Part shown: positions 25,183 to 37,981 of the stretch, one piece after another
Position numbering within the stretch: position 1 is the stretch's first letter
Layout: each line of letters opens with the position of its first letter
Source of the DNA: Dicyema japonicum
Lineage: Eukaryota > Animalia > Dicyemida
Reading direction: 5' to 3'
Assembly (NCBI GenBank): GCA_011109175.1
Contig: RDEW01000021.1
Span: 321,080-385,079 of the forward strand
DNA length: 64,000 bases
Made by a program: the position numbers and the translations under genes
Notes under the pieces: model-generated
Seen by the model: the letters and a program-made list of their open reading frames with translations, nothing else
What the model was told of the DNA's origin: nothing
Database searches by the model: none

Positions 25183-26607
25183 AGTCTACGTTTGATTTGA
25201 CCTTATTTTTTAAACTATGGATTTCTCGCCTTATTGTAGCCCATAAGTTAAAGTTAATAAGTTGAGACACGTGGTTTAAGGTGGTCAGTTTTAATTCGCT
25301 TTCATAAATTTAGGATTTTCAAACTCAATTCGTGATTTTTGTCCCGTGTATCTGAGGATATTTTGAGTGATCATTGTCGAGACTGATGACTGAAAGTTCA
25401 CTGCCATAATTATTCTGATCTCCTGCTCGGACGTATCAGAGTTTTAGCTCCCCTCATTTGGGGATGTCATCAATAAAATCCTTTCCGGACTACGACCACC
25501 GAAGACACTAAGGGACTTGTCGGAGCGCCCAACACAATCAGGTGGACCCTAGATACAGCCGACCTTCTACGTGTTAGTGAGGTCGAGGCAACTAACAAAC
25601 TATTTTTTAAAACTTTAGGCAGCTCAAAGTCAACTTCCCATGTGGTTAGAATTACATTTGTGGATCTCCGATTAAAAGNCGACCACCGAAGACACTAAGG
25701 TACTTGTCGGAGCGCCCAACACAATCAAATGGACCCTAGATACAGCCGACCTTCTACGTGTTAGTGAGGTCGAGGCAACTAACAAACTATTTTTTTAAAC
25801 TTTAGGCAGCTCAAAGTCAACTTTCTATGTGGTTAGAATTACATTTGTGGATCTCCGATTAAAAGAATTCATCAATCCAGTTGAGTGGAATTAAACTCAT
25901 GACCAAGTGATCTAAATGGGGTAACAATAATTATTTGCTATCAACACGAGATACTTGTCCCAGGTTAGAAGAGGTTCAAAATCATAATTTTACATGATAA
26001 ATTAATAAATGCTAGGTAGTGTGGTTTGGTTGTGGTTAAGGAATTGTCACGATGATAACTGCCATTTTGGTTTTAAATCATTTGTCATATAATCAAACTT
26101 AAGTATTTCGTGGTCTTTCACGATGTTAAAAACATGAGACGTTTACAATTGAGAAATTAGTGGTTTGGTTGTGGTTAAGGAATTGTCACGATGATAACTG
26201 CCATTTTGGTTTTAAATAATTTGTCATATAATCAAACTTAAGTATTTCGTGGTCTTTCACGATGTTAAAAACATGAGACGTTTACAATTGAGAAATTAGA
26301 GTAATTTTACCCTACAAATTTATTCATTTTATTGCTTTAGGATTATGAATGGGCTTGACGAGTGACGCCGTCATCAGTGGAGATTGACTGCGGAACCGGA
26401 TGGTCAAAAAGGACACACACCCAAGAAGTAGAAAAAACAAAGTGAAGAGCATTCTTTGGTTCTCCCTCTATGATTAGTTATTATAACTGTTCTTTACTTA
26501 ATTAAAGTGTGTGTTCGGCACGAGCGAAACCCTAGGCATCTTACGTGCTTATGGCAACGCGGTAGTGCTTACTTTTTATTATGAATGTCCGTGTTATAGT
26601 GATGTTC

Positions 26608-26740
26608 AGGTGGCGTAGTAGTTAGTCCTGTCACTCACGTCCTGATAAGATATGGATTTGATTCTCGCAACGTTACCTACTTGGTAAAAGATTCTCTTCT
26701 TAGTTGAGTAACCCCTGGTGAAGGGGAAGCCACATTGAAA
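26608..26740 (+). mobile_element. tRNA-derived SINE-like element
   Basis: A-box-like GGTGGCGTAGTAGTTAG and B-box-like GGATT(T/C)GATTCTC; no cloverleaf. Confidence 0.4.
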
Positions 26741-27185
26741 ATTTCGCATTCTCTTCTACTCTTTGTCAATTCAAAGAAACGTCATGTGAACAGCCTATTA
26801 AATATATATTTTTTTAATATTAATTTTATAAAAATTAATATTTATCAATAAAGATATAAAATATAATTAGATTTTTAAATATTGTTATGAGCCATCAACA
26901 TTCCCATCATTGTTGTTGTGGACACAGTNGATTCGATTCTCGCAACGTTACCTACTTGGTAAAAGATTCTCTTCTTAGTTAAGTAACCCCTGGTGAAGGG
27001 GAAGCCACATTGAAAATTTCGCATTCTCTTCTACTCTTTGTCAATTCAAAGAAACGTCATGTGATATATTTTTTTTAATATTAATTTTACAGCCTATTAA
27101 ATATATATTTTTTTAATATTAATTTTATAAAAATTAATATTTATCAATAAAGATATAAAATATAATAAGATATTTAAATATTGTT

Positions 27186-27893
27186 ATGAGCCATCAACAT
27201 TCCCATCATTGTTGTTGTGGACACAGTGGATCCGATTCTGAGGAAGGATACAATCTCTACTCAAAAATAGACTTTGACTCCTTTCAATGCCTAAATGAAG
27301 CAAAGAGAGGTTCAGGAAGGACAGTGTTTAAACCCTTCGATAGTAGACACGACCAAGAACATGTTTATTTACATTTTCTATGTTTTAGTACGTAGACAGT
27401 GAGGTTGACTCAGAACTCCTATTCACATTCAAGTACTCCGCTGAATAATTTTTAGATTTGCCGGATCCGTCAAGCTTGAGTCTGTAATCATCTCAGGGGG
27501 TAACCAGGGAACTCATCCTGCCAAGCTAAAGATGTAAGACTGTGAATATATGAAGATTCAAAAACGTGACCATAAAGGGTTTCTCAGGAGTGCCATCCAA
27601 GGCTGACATTGAGTTCAATCTGAGTGACTCCCCCACAGAGATGCACGTGCTCAACACTCAGTTTAATATATGGTTATTGAAGGAGTCCAAAGATGTGGAA
27701 TATTAGTAGTCTGTCACTGTTGTTTATGGATAATCATGGGGGAGAGAATAGTAGAATATATTACATTGGATTGAAGGGGCAGTTTGATAAGGCTAATAAG
27801 CAGGGAGTGCTGCTATATAATTATGAGATTACACCCAATCCGGCTGATGTTGAGTCTCCTGCTGATGTCAACGTTAATAGAACTGTTTTTTGA
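27186..27893 (+). CDS. PITHD1: PITH domain-containing protein 1
   Basis: LYSKID..CLNE..GSGRTVFKP..YVDSEVDSELLF..FAGSVKL..HPAKLKIFKN..RIYYIGLKGQF..YEITPNPAD. Introns of 26, 23, 22 and 22 nt. Confidence 0.93.
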
Positions 27894-28278
27894 TTATCTT
27901 TGAGTCTTAAGTATTATGTTTAGAGTACAATTATTCTTCGTTATACACGTAGCTCTTGTGGTTGAGCGAATTCTCTTTTATTTGTGTGGAAATGCGCTCA
28001 ACCAGCCATCCCCCTTCTCGGTTGTCCCTCCACCTGTTTTGCTATCAACTATCTGGTGGCATGCAGGATTGAATATCTTAAGTGGTGACATGAAGATCGC
28101 ACATAGCTCCACCGTTGGAATAAATATCCATTGTGAGTGAATTAACCGACATGTCGTAGAAAGTCTGTGGTAGTCTAAAAGCATATTTCTTCTGTCTCTC
28201 TAAGGTTTTCTCGCATTCTCTCACTGGTCGAATATAATATCGAACAATTTTAAAGACAAAATTGGTTTTTTAAAAAAN

Positions 28279-29308
28279 ATACAATCTCTACTCAAAAATA
28301 GACTTTGACTCTTTTCAATGCCTAAATGAAGCAAAGAGAGGTTCAGGAAGGACAGTGTTTAAACCCTTCGATAGTAGACACGACCAAGAACATGTTTATT
28401 TACATTTTCTATGTTTTAGTACGTAGACAGTGAGGTTGACTCAGAACTCCTATTCACATTCAAGTACTCCGCTGAATAATTCTTAGATTTGCCGGATCCG
28501 TCAAGCTTGAGTCTGTAATCATCTCAGGGGGTAACCAGGGAACTCATCCTGCCAAGCTAAAGATGTAAGACTGTGAATATATGAAGATTCAAAAACGTGA
28601 CCATAAAGGGTTTCTCAGGAGTGCCATCCAAGGCTGACATTGAGTTCAATCTGAGTGACTCCCCCACAGAGATGCACGTGCTCAACACTCAGTTTAATAT
28701 ATGGTTATTGAAGGAGTCCAAAGATGTGGAATATTAGTAGTCTGTCACTGTTGTTTATGGATAATCATGGGGGAGAGAATAGTAGAATATATTACATTGG
28801 ATTGAAGGGGCAGTTTGATAAGGCTAATAAGCAGGGAGTGCTGCTATATAATTATGAGATTACACCCAATCCGGCTGATGTTGAGTCTCCTGCTGATGTC
28901 AACGTTAATAGAACTGTTTTTTGATTATCTTTGAGTCTTAAGTATTATGTTTAGAGTACAATTATTCTTCGTTATACACGTAGCTCTTGTGGTTGAGCGA
29001 ATTCTCTTTTATTTGTGTGGAAATGCGCTCAACCAGCCGTCCCCCTTCTCGGTTGTCCCTCCACCTGTTTTGCTATCAACTATCTGGTGGCATGCAGGAT
29101 TGAATATCTTAAGTGGTGACATGAAGATCGCACATAGCTCCACCGTTGGAATAAATATCCATTGTGAGTGAATTAACTGACATGTCGTAGAAAGTCTGTG
29201 GTGGTCTAACAGTATATTTCTTCTGTCTCTCTAAGGTTTTCTCGCATTCTCTCACTGGTCGAATATAATATCGAACAATTTTAAAGACAAAATTGGTTTT
29301 TTAAAAAA
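28279..29308 (+). other. Allelic duplicate of 27248-28277 (partial PITHD1), probable assembly artefact
   Basis: Near-identical about 1 kb copy directly after single N28278; few SNPs, synonymous or intronic within PITHD1. Confidence 0.8.
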
Positions 29309-30279
29309 ATTAAAAACAAAAAATAGAACCACAGCCTTAACTATGTGGCTATTTCCATTTTGAACTGCGAGGGAAATTTTCGTGAAGGTTTCCGAGTCCC
29401 TAGAAAAATCGTAGGACGAGAGTCAAGGATCTAGGGGTTTCCATTGCGAGAGAAACAAACGTTACGTCACTGTGGAGGTAGGCATATTTCGGTTAATCTT
29501 TTATTGCCTTCTTAACAGTTGGTTACATTAGTAGCATTACAATCCCACGTGATCACTCATGGAGTAGCATGGACTTCCACAAGGTGTATTGTCCCCAATT
29601 TATCTGTGAGAGGGTATTTACGCATCTTTTCAGCTTCTACCATGTGCAAACGCTCTTGGCAAGTAATATAAATCTCTATGATATTTATGTCCCCCGAAAA
29701 CGTATCATAGATCTCAAAATTTCATTGACTCCACATGTAATCGTGGTGGAGCATACTGCCATACTTAGAGGATAAATGTTCCACAATTTTCATTTTTTGG
29801 TTACAAAACGGAGATCGCCGTTAATGTCCACAGAAAAAGTTCTCTTCCTGCAAAAAAGTCAGACCGAGGGTTTACGTTTCCATACAGAAAACACATTCAC
29901 TTATACGTGAGAGTTCTTAAAGCCGTTAAAGAGACGGTCGTGAAGGTCTTTTACGTTGTCTCACTTTGGACTATGACCAACTCCTTCACGTTGTGACTAT
30001 CCCTTAGGTTAAGGTCATATTTAAAGACTATACACGCTGCAGTGGTACCTAAGTTGGTTTGTCTTGACTTCTCAACAGCCAAGATTGCCACTCTCCCTCA
30101 TGTTGCTGCTTAACCTCCAATTTCACCAGGTTACCCAGCTATAGCCGCTCGGCTTGTACAGTCACTCAATGCTCGCCATTCTTTCTCCTCTCATAATCAT
30201 AATTCTCCTCCAACACTCAACGATAATTAAACCCATCTCTCCCTAGTCTTTCTTATCAAACTTTTCCATCCCAACGTAG

Positions 30280-30510
30280 TTGAGCGGAAATATGTACCCC
30301 CGTTTAATGATTAGACCTGTTTACCAAATTCGACCCCCTCTTTCCGTAATTCCATCGACTACGGAAATGCATACAATAGCTTATGCTCTGCATATAAATA
30401 ATCATTCATGAATCAACAGGTTAATCAGAGTGTTCACACTTATATTTTTTCATCAAAAAAATGTTATTAAAGCTGTTGTAAAGATTGTTCAGCATGCAGG
30501 TTTTCCAATT
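30280..30510 (+). mobile_element. Gypsy integrase zinc-finger relic
   Basis: ALHINNHS..VKDCSACR (HHCC pattern) with stops and frameshifts. Confidence 0.45.
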
Positions 30511-31269
30511 CTCTTAAAGTATCAAAATAATATGTAATGAGAGTTTGATCGATGTTTTTTAATAAACCGAAGAGATGGACATGGAAGATAATTCAAATGC
30601 ATGGTACAGTTTCATTAAACTATCCTAGTCTCCAAACGACCCCGCCCGCAGAGAAGTTGCGTTGGATCCCGCAAGGCGCATGAGGAGACAATGAGAAATC
30701 AAATAGAGGCCTTTGAGATCACTTAATTAATTTAGTAATTAAATTAACTATTAATTTTCTTGGGTTAATAATAATAATTCAATTTAAATTAGTTCAACAG
30801 CATGGATAAATCCTTGACTGGTTGTAGAAGAAAATCGACCGGCTTCCTGGCTTAACGTAAACTTCTGATGGCATCGGATCTGAAGGTTAAAATACAAAAG
30901 AGGGAGTTTTCAGCGAAGGTCAATTCTTGTCAAACAAATACCACCAGTGAGGCGACGAGTCCTTCTGGCACAACACAGTTGTTAAATGGGATCTTTCTAT
31001 TTTTCTCTCTGACCAAATTTTCTGATGAAGATTGCATTATGAAAACTATTTCGCTAAAGAATGAAGTGATGTCTGCGACGGTAGGACGTGCGACAAAAAT
31101 GGAAGAGGGCGGACCTACTTCCCCACCTCTCTTCGGGAAGCCTGTAATGAAGTATTGGAAGATGGATTTGGTCGGCACAAGCAGGTATTCTCCCTTTGGT
31201 TCCTTCCTTGGACTAATTAGTTATGACTGTTCGTGCTGGGCTTACAATGTAAGCCTGGGGTTAATAATA

Positions 31270-31900
31270 AAAAGTAAATTGACGGATATCGAAGATTTTG
31301 ATGGTAGCTCAAATAGTCAAAATAATTTGAATATAATCAATACGATTCCAAAGACGAAAAAATATTGTCAATTCTAGATAATGTTAGCATTCAGACGTAT
31401 TATTGTCGATTTTTTTGAAATACCACTCTGTTTGCTTTTTTTCATTAAAAATTATTGAAAGGAAAGGTAAAAATATCTTACATATTCAACTTGGTCAAAA
31501 ACTTGTCATGCTTTTGGTAAAATTTTTTAATTGAATTTATGTCGCTGGAATTCTTTTCACCAGAAATTTTTTTAAAGATAATTCATGACGTTTCTTAAAA
31601 TGGTTGAGCCATCCATTTGAGCTTTTTATTTTTTTTAAATTTATCCGAGTCGCGATAGTTCTGGAAATGTTTTTATTTAAAAATCCGGAAACTGAATCAA
31701 ATCCTTGTCTAATCTCCATTTTTATTTTACATACTGTTCCTTCTCAACTTTCTATATCATTGATTTCCCTTTCGGACATAGAGTTCTTTGTGAAGACTTC
31801 AAAAAATTTTTGCTTCAAGGCACAAGAAAGCTTTTTTGGCATGGTTTAAAATTTTTGAGTTATTATAAAATTATTTTCTAACTTAATTAAAATTGTGAAG
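31270..31900 (-). mobile_element. pogo/Tigger relic
   Basis: IKSSNGWLNHFKKRHELSLKK (CENP-B HTH). Confidence 0.7.
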
Positions 31901-33064
31901 ATTCAAAAGAACCTGAAAAAATGAATTTATTTTTAATTTAACATTAACCACGTGGTTAATCGGTCGGAAGATGGGCTAGTGACATAACTCTATTGCACAA
32001 AATGTCTTTATAGCTTTATGTCTGATGAAACCCCCTTGTGAGAATCTGGTAGCTGACAGACACAGGAGAGATCGGAAGCTCAAAGTTCAGAACCTGGAAT
32101 AAACGCAGAATCCGAATACGAATTCCACAGCCCAAAATTTAAAGGACTTGGAGGATCACCTGCCAAGAGCTGCATGTGTATGGTGCTAGTCAATATGATG
32201 ATGCTACCAATAGAAAACCAACCAAATATGTCTGGTTCCCATGGTCGACGCAGCCGAAGATACATCACTCAATCATACATCTGAATAGACGTCCAGTGAA
32301 TAACGTATACGAGAAACCTTCCAAGGAATGATTTGGCAGGATGGTAAGGGTCATATTATTCAAAATCTCATAAAGTATCGAAATACCAATAAATAGCTTA
32401 GTCTGTATTATTTCAACAGAAATTAGGCTAACTAGTTATTTTTAGGGATTGAATGATTTTTATGTTGGAGATATCAACAGAGATTACTCAGGATTGCTTT
32501 CACTAAGAGACAGTCAAGAATATCATATTTATTTTCTTCAGAAGGACATCAAATTCAATTACTGAGGCATAGTCAATAAAGATGACTTTATTCATAATCC
32601 TCATATTGTTGTGACCAGCTTTTACCGAGAAACTACCAAATAGTTTGTTTCGTAGTGGTTGCCAACTGAAAACCAAGCTACCGGTCCCCTAACACTGAGT
32701 TAATCCGGTTTGACCGATTTCATATTGGCTATGAAAATTTTTTGTGCAAATGTTTGGTCAATGAAACTCCTCACGAATAGGGATGGTTTACACACCTGGA
32801 TGTTTTCATAACCACCGTCTGGGACGACGCCCATTACCTTGAAGCATGAATCAATCTTTCCTTGTATCTGAATATTTTCGTATCCGATGATGTCTCCAAA
32901 AGGAGAGAGAGACAGTATTAACTTTGGGGAGATGAGAGCTACGTCCTCAGTTCAACTTCCCGACCGATTAACCACTAGGCCAAGTGGTCTACTTAAAAAA
33001 TTGAAATTTCCACTTGAAGATGAACTAAACTGGCCTAATCAAAAATTCCCATGAAGTTTAATAA

Positions 33065-33937
33065 TAATTTAACATCAACCACGTGTAATCGGTCGGAAGA
33101 TGAGCTGGTGACGTTACTCTNCCTCAGTTCAACTTCCCGACCGATTAACCACTAGGCCAAGTGGTCTACTTAAAAAAATTGAAATTTCCACTTGAAGATG
33201 AACTAAACTGGCCTAATCAAAAATTCCCATGAAGTTTAATAATAATTTAACATCAACCACGTGTAATCGGTCGGAAGATGAGCTGGTGACGTTACTCTAT
33301 TGTACAAAATGTCTTTATAGCTTTATGTCTGATGAAACCCTCTGTATTTTTTGTGAACATCGGATAGCTGAATGACACGAGGGAGATCGGAAACTCATAG
33401 TTCTGAACCAGGAATAAACGTAGGATCCGTATAAGAATCCCAAGTGATTCTGAAGGGGATCCCCTAGTGGGTTACTGACGAAGATTTGTGTATCGTTGTT
33501 GAAGACTCTTCAGCCAGGATTTTCTTTCCACCGCTTCAAGAAAAATAGTTACAACCTTACTGTTGGAAAATTGACCGTCAAATCAAGAGCTGAGGCTACT
33601 ACTCTCATAAGATCTGGATTACATGTTGGTTTCCAGAAAATCCGCCGTGAATCGTATCAAGACTCTATTCAGATGTTTCAGATGCCAGAAATTTAATCAC
33701 GTTGCATCTCGATGCATTGAAAAGGATAAATGCCTGATTTGCGGGGAGGCGTACAAAATGAGCAGTTGTCCTTCCAGAGGAAAATCGGAGAGCAAGTGCA
33801 TCAACCGCGAGACTGTTGGTTATTGAGGTTTCCGATGGCGAAGACCGCTACTCGGGAATTGCGCGTCCGCAAAGCTAACCGTCATGAAAAATTAACTGTG
33901 AACAAAAATTTACTGATGTGGTGGCAACTGCTCATTC
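33065..33937 (+). mobile_element. LINE 5' region: repeat G leader plus ORF1 gag-like zinc knuckles
   Basis: RCFRCQKFNHVASRC..KCLICGEAYKMSSC..KCIN. Leader also present at 31945-32125; runs into the N gap. Confidence 0.75.
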
Positions 33938-34590
33938 NNNNNNNNNNNNNNNNNNNNNNNNNNNNNNNNNNNNNNNNNNNNNNNNNNNNNNNNNNNNNNN
34001 NNNNNNNNNNNNNNNNNNNNNNNNNNNNNNNNNNNNNNNNNNNNNNNNNNNNNNNNNNNNNNNNNNNNNNNNNNNNNNNNNNNNNNNNNNNNNNNNNNNN
34101 NNNNNNNNNNNNNNNNNNNNNNNNNNNNNNNNNNNNNNNNNNNNNNNNNNNNNNNNNNNNNNNNNNNNNNNNNNNNNNNNNNNNNNNNNNNNNNNNNNNN
34201 NNNNNNNNNNNNNNNNNNNNNNNNNNNNNNNNNNNNNNNNNNNNNNNNNNNNNNNNNNNNNNNNNNNNNNNNNNNNNNNNNNNNNNNNNNNNNNNNNNNN
34301 NNNNNNNNNNNNNNNNNNNNNNNNNNNNNNNNNNNNNNNNNNNNNNNNNNNNNNNNNNNNNNNNNNNNNNNNNNNNNNNNNNNNNNNNNNNNNNNNNNNN
34401 NNNNNNNNNNNNNNNNNNNNNNNNNNNNNNNNNNNNNNNNNNNNNNNNNNNNNNNNNNNNNNNNNNNNNNNNNNNNNNNNNNNNNNNNNNNNNNNNNNNN
34501 NNNNNNNNNNNNNNNNNNNNNNNNNNNNNNNNNNNNNNNNNNNNNNNNNNNNNNNNNNNNNNNNNNNNNNNNNNNNNNNNNNNNNNNNNN
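33938..34590. other. Assembly gap (N run)
   Basis: 653 N. Confidence 1.
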
Positions 34591-35672
34591 GCCATCCAGC
34601 TACGAGATCTTGAAACCCAGTTTTCCATCCAGCCATAGAAGGACATCCATCTATGGCAATTGAAAACATTTTTGAAAGATCCAAATGTGCCTTTTCAAGG
34701 CAATCACGAAATTCACGGAATATATCAGCTCCTTTAGTAGAACCATGAAAGTTACGTAGCGTGAGAAATTCTTCATAAATTTTGAAATCATGCATGACAC
34801 CTCGAATATACACAGCCATTTGTTCTGTATCACTAAAATCTTTAGTGATGTCAAGAGCAATAGAATAGTGTACGAAAAAGTTGGATTCAGTGAGTAGCTG
34901 GCATTGAATATCGTCAGATATTCTCTCAATTCTCCGAGTAACTGTATCGTTGCTTAGCTGTAAGTTTATAACATTTTTTTAACTTATGAGGAACACCATT
35001 TTTCATTAAATATAAAGATAGCTTGCTTAATAAATTCTCCATCTGAATACGGCTTCATATTTTTTGCAAGTAGATGACAAATTTTGAAAGAAGCTATTGT
35101 AGCGGATCTTGATGACATGGGCTGTTTAAACAAAGTTTTTGAAAGAAGCTATTGTAGCGGATCTTGATGACATGGGCTGTTTAAACAAAGTGGTTTTGTG
35201 TTTGCGATTTGATTTCATAGATAGAAATTTAATTTTTCTTGATTCACCTTGAAATGAATCATATTCTGAAGAATGTTTCATATAATGCCTCTCGACATTG
35301 TATAACTTAAGACATCGTATAACAAAATGACAAATCAAGCAATGTGCTTTGCCATTTTTTTCAAAAACAAAAAATTGTTCCTCCCATTCGGGTTAAATGC
35401 ACGATTTTCTTGAATAAATTTTCTACTTCTCTTGACACGTTTTCCAGACATCAAGCAATATTAATTAAAATTTAATACAAAAAATAATTAATTTAAAAAC
35501 AATAGTTAAAATATGTAAAAAATTTTTAACCATAAAAAGTTTATTGTACGAAACAAACAAAAATAAAAAGCACAGTTAAAATCCAGCTGCACTATGTAAA
35601 ATATGTAATATTTTTTTATAATTTTAAGCGGGCCGCACCAAAATCCTGGGGGGCCGCCGTTGAGAATCCCTG
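34591..35672 (-). mobile_element. hAT (SPIN/GTF2IRD2-like) transposase relic with 5' TIR
   Basis: YNVERHY, KPYSDGEFIK, MAVYIRGV..EEFLTL..HGSTKGADIF..IAIDGCPSMAG. TIR TTGAGAATCCCTG ending 35672. Confidence 0.85.
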
Positions 35673-36017
35673 GTCTATATGGATACTCCTACTCTTCTTT
35701 GATATCTCGGAAGCGACTATATTCCCCAAGTCTTGTGTTAAAACTGAGAAAGAATCCAGGCATCATGGCACGATTTTTAATAACGCAATCCCCCATATCT
35801 ATCTCTATGCCTTGGTCTTTAATAAAAAATGTTGTTAAAATGTTTTGATAAAAAATTAAACACTTTGTCGATCGCCAGGGTTTTTTTCTTAGTTAAGTAA
35901 ATTTCATGACGCCTCTTAGGAATTGAAAATAGCAAAAAGCAGAAAGGAATCCTTCTACCGATAGGTAGCGCACTCGACACTCAAAGTGGACAATATTTTA
36001 AATATATTTTTCGTCTA

Positions 36018-36200
36018 GGGCACTTGACCTGAGCAAGTCAGAGTTTATCAGGTTATTCGGGCAGCTTGTAGGTATGCGGAAGGGAGATCCTAGAATGACA
36101 CGATAGCTCTTCCTGAACATTGGGCTCGCGAACATGAAAGGTCACTCCCATTGGGCGTTCAATAATTGTAGGGTATAATGGAGACTTTGTTACAACAACA
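36018..36200 (+). repeat. Dispersed repeat family E with (CAA)n tail
   Basis: Homologous to 8010-8165; ends TTACAACAACAA. Confidence 0.7.
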
Positions 36201-36289
36201 AACTTTATTAATTTTGTTTAATATATTTGAAAGTTTATTAATTTTTAATAAATAATTTAAATAATTATTTATTACTGTGGAAGGTTAAA

Positions 36290-37981
36290 ATGGAACATTT
36301 GTCAGTTCTAATAAAACTAAACAATAATGTAAAATCTAATATTAAAGCAGATGAAAGAATATACTAAAAAATCAGGATCTTTAGTCGCCAAATACATCTC
36401 CTACAGTCTTAATCAATTTGTCGGCTTATTCTCTCGTAAATTAGACATTCCCTTCAATCTAGACACGCAAACAGTCTGTGAAAACTTGCTGAAATTATGT
36501 TTTTTATTGATTTAATTTTAGTGTCCATAATAGACAAATTTTTAAAACGGTCTCAGAAAAGTAAGGATTCACAAAATTTTTATAAGGGAATCATGAAATT
36601 AGAAGAATTAGTAGTACAAATTGTCGACAAGTTGTATCGAAGTCTCATTGAAAGGGTATTATTAGTAAGAAAATCAGATGATTGCAAAATTAACGATAAT
36701 GGAGTCATTGATTGATCAAAGTACGTGTTTGAAGACAACTAAGGAACTCGAAAACCACTTTGTTGAATTTTTTTGTTGGACGTTAAGTCAAAAGGTAGCA
36801 TATAATTATAACATTAGCGTACCCCCCACAAGGACCTAAATTCAAAAATTATTTGTAATTGTATTAAAAATTATAAAATTATTATGGAATTAATTATTTT
36901 AGTAAATATTATTTTAATATTAAAGAAACGTCATGAATTTACTGAGGCGGTTTATTTCACGAATCTTAGTAGATGTTGTCTTTCAATAATATTTTACCTC
37001 AGGCATTTGCTTCCCGTGGAGACTGAAAAAGATGGCATAATTTATTCGTCTTTCAAAAACTTAACAGTAAAATATGTTATGACTATAAATAGCTGAGATT
37101 GTGGGATTCACAGCGGGAAAATACATTGGAAGAAGACTTGGAGCGAATTATCAGCGCTTTGGGGGTTATCGCGGATTCCCCATACACGCCAGACGTAGCA
37201 AGACAGGAAATTGTCGGACTCATTAACAAGGGGAGGTCTGAGTTGAAGCATTTTGTGGTCGATTGCTCTGTTTTACCGATATTTATTTTAGAATAAATCA
37301 CAGTCGAGGTTTATGTTTATCAGGACTTTCTCCCAACTGTGGAATAAAGTAGTGAATAATATTATTAGATTATACACGTGTTGATGAGTCACTCGGTGCA
37401 TGTGTGGGCGGTAGTGAGACTGGTCCTCGATTATAAGGAGATTCCGTCCGTGGATGTGGTTAAATCATGTGGGTTTGAAATATCGGAGGTTTGGTGATGT
37501 TATTGAGCGGTAGTTATGCCATTTGCTTTCCTTCGTTAGTTGCTCTCCCAAATGTCTGTTTTTAGAGCAAGTCTGTAAGCAAGTGGAAGATTCCACCCAA
37601 CAGGTAGTGAATCTGGCAAATACGGCTGATTCTAAATTGTTGAAATTGGAATATTTTAACTGGCAGTGTCTAGTAAACGTGACTCAAATGACTGCAAAGT
37701 TTGATATCATTGAAGTGTTGGATGCCACGAGTTTGAGGGTTGTAATTTTAGAAAATTTTATTTTGGTAAATTCAAACTCTGAAAAATCACCTGATCTGGT
37801 GAGGTCGTCGTGTTTAAATACTCTGTATAATGAGCAACTGATGAATACGGAGTATCCAAATATAAGTCATCTCAACCGGTTGATGGTGATGGAATTGATT
37901 CAAAGTGATAATCCAGAATATAAGGAAATAATTAATAAAATTGATAAAATTTGTTCAATATTAAAAATGTTGTATTATTGA
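36290..37981 (+). CDS. Alpha-catenin/alpha-catulin (vinculin family)-like protein; 3' end uncertain
   Basis: LEEDLERIISALGVIADSPYTPDVARQEIV resembles the alpha-catenin M region LEERLESIISGAALMADSSCTRDDRRERIV; also LEQVCKQV..WQCLV..FDIIEVLDAT. Introns 20-26 nt. Confidence 0.7.

Noticed and set aside
27248-29308. Tandem duplication of PITHD1
   Set aside because: The copies abut a single N and differ by a few SNPs. The same pattern occurs at N18429, 19056, 24433, 25679, 26929, 33121, 38456 and 39899, indicating unmerged allelic contig overlaps.
30868-31377. 169-aa plus-strand ORF as a host gene
   Set aside because: No recognisable domain or micro-introns, and it spans TE debris; likely antisense to a retroelement relic.
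33325-33400. Hammerhead ribozyme (CTGATGA..GAAA); also 32021 and 25383
   Set aside because: Helix II cannot close next to GAAA, no matching UH cleavage site with stems I/III was found, and the other copy lacks GAAA.
33730-34819. Long ORFs of 231-302 aa in the track
   Set aside because: They are artefacts of translating the N gap.
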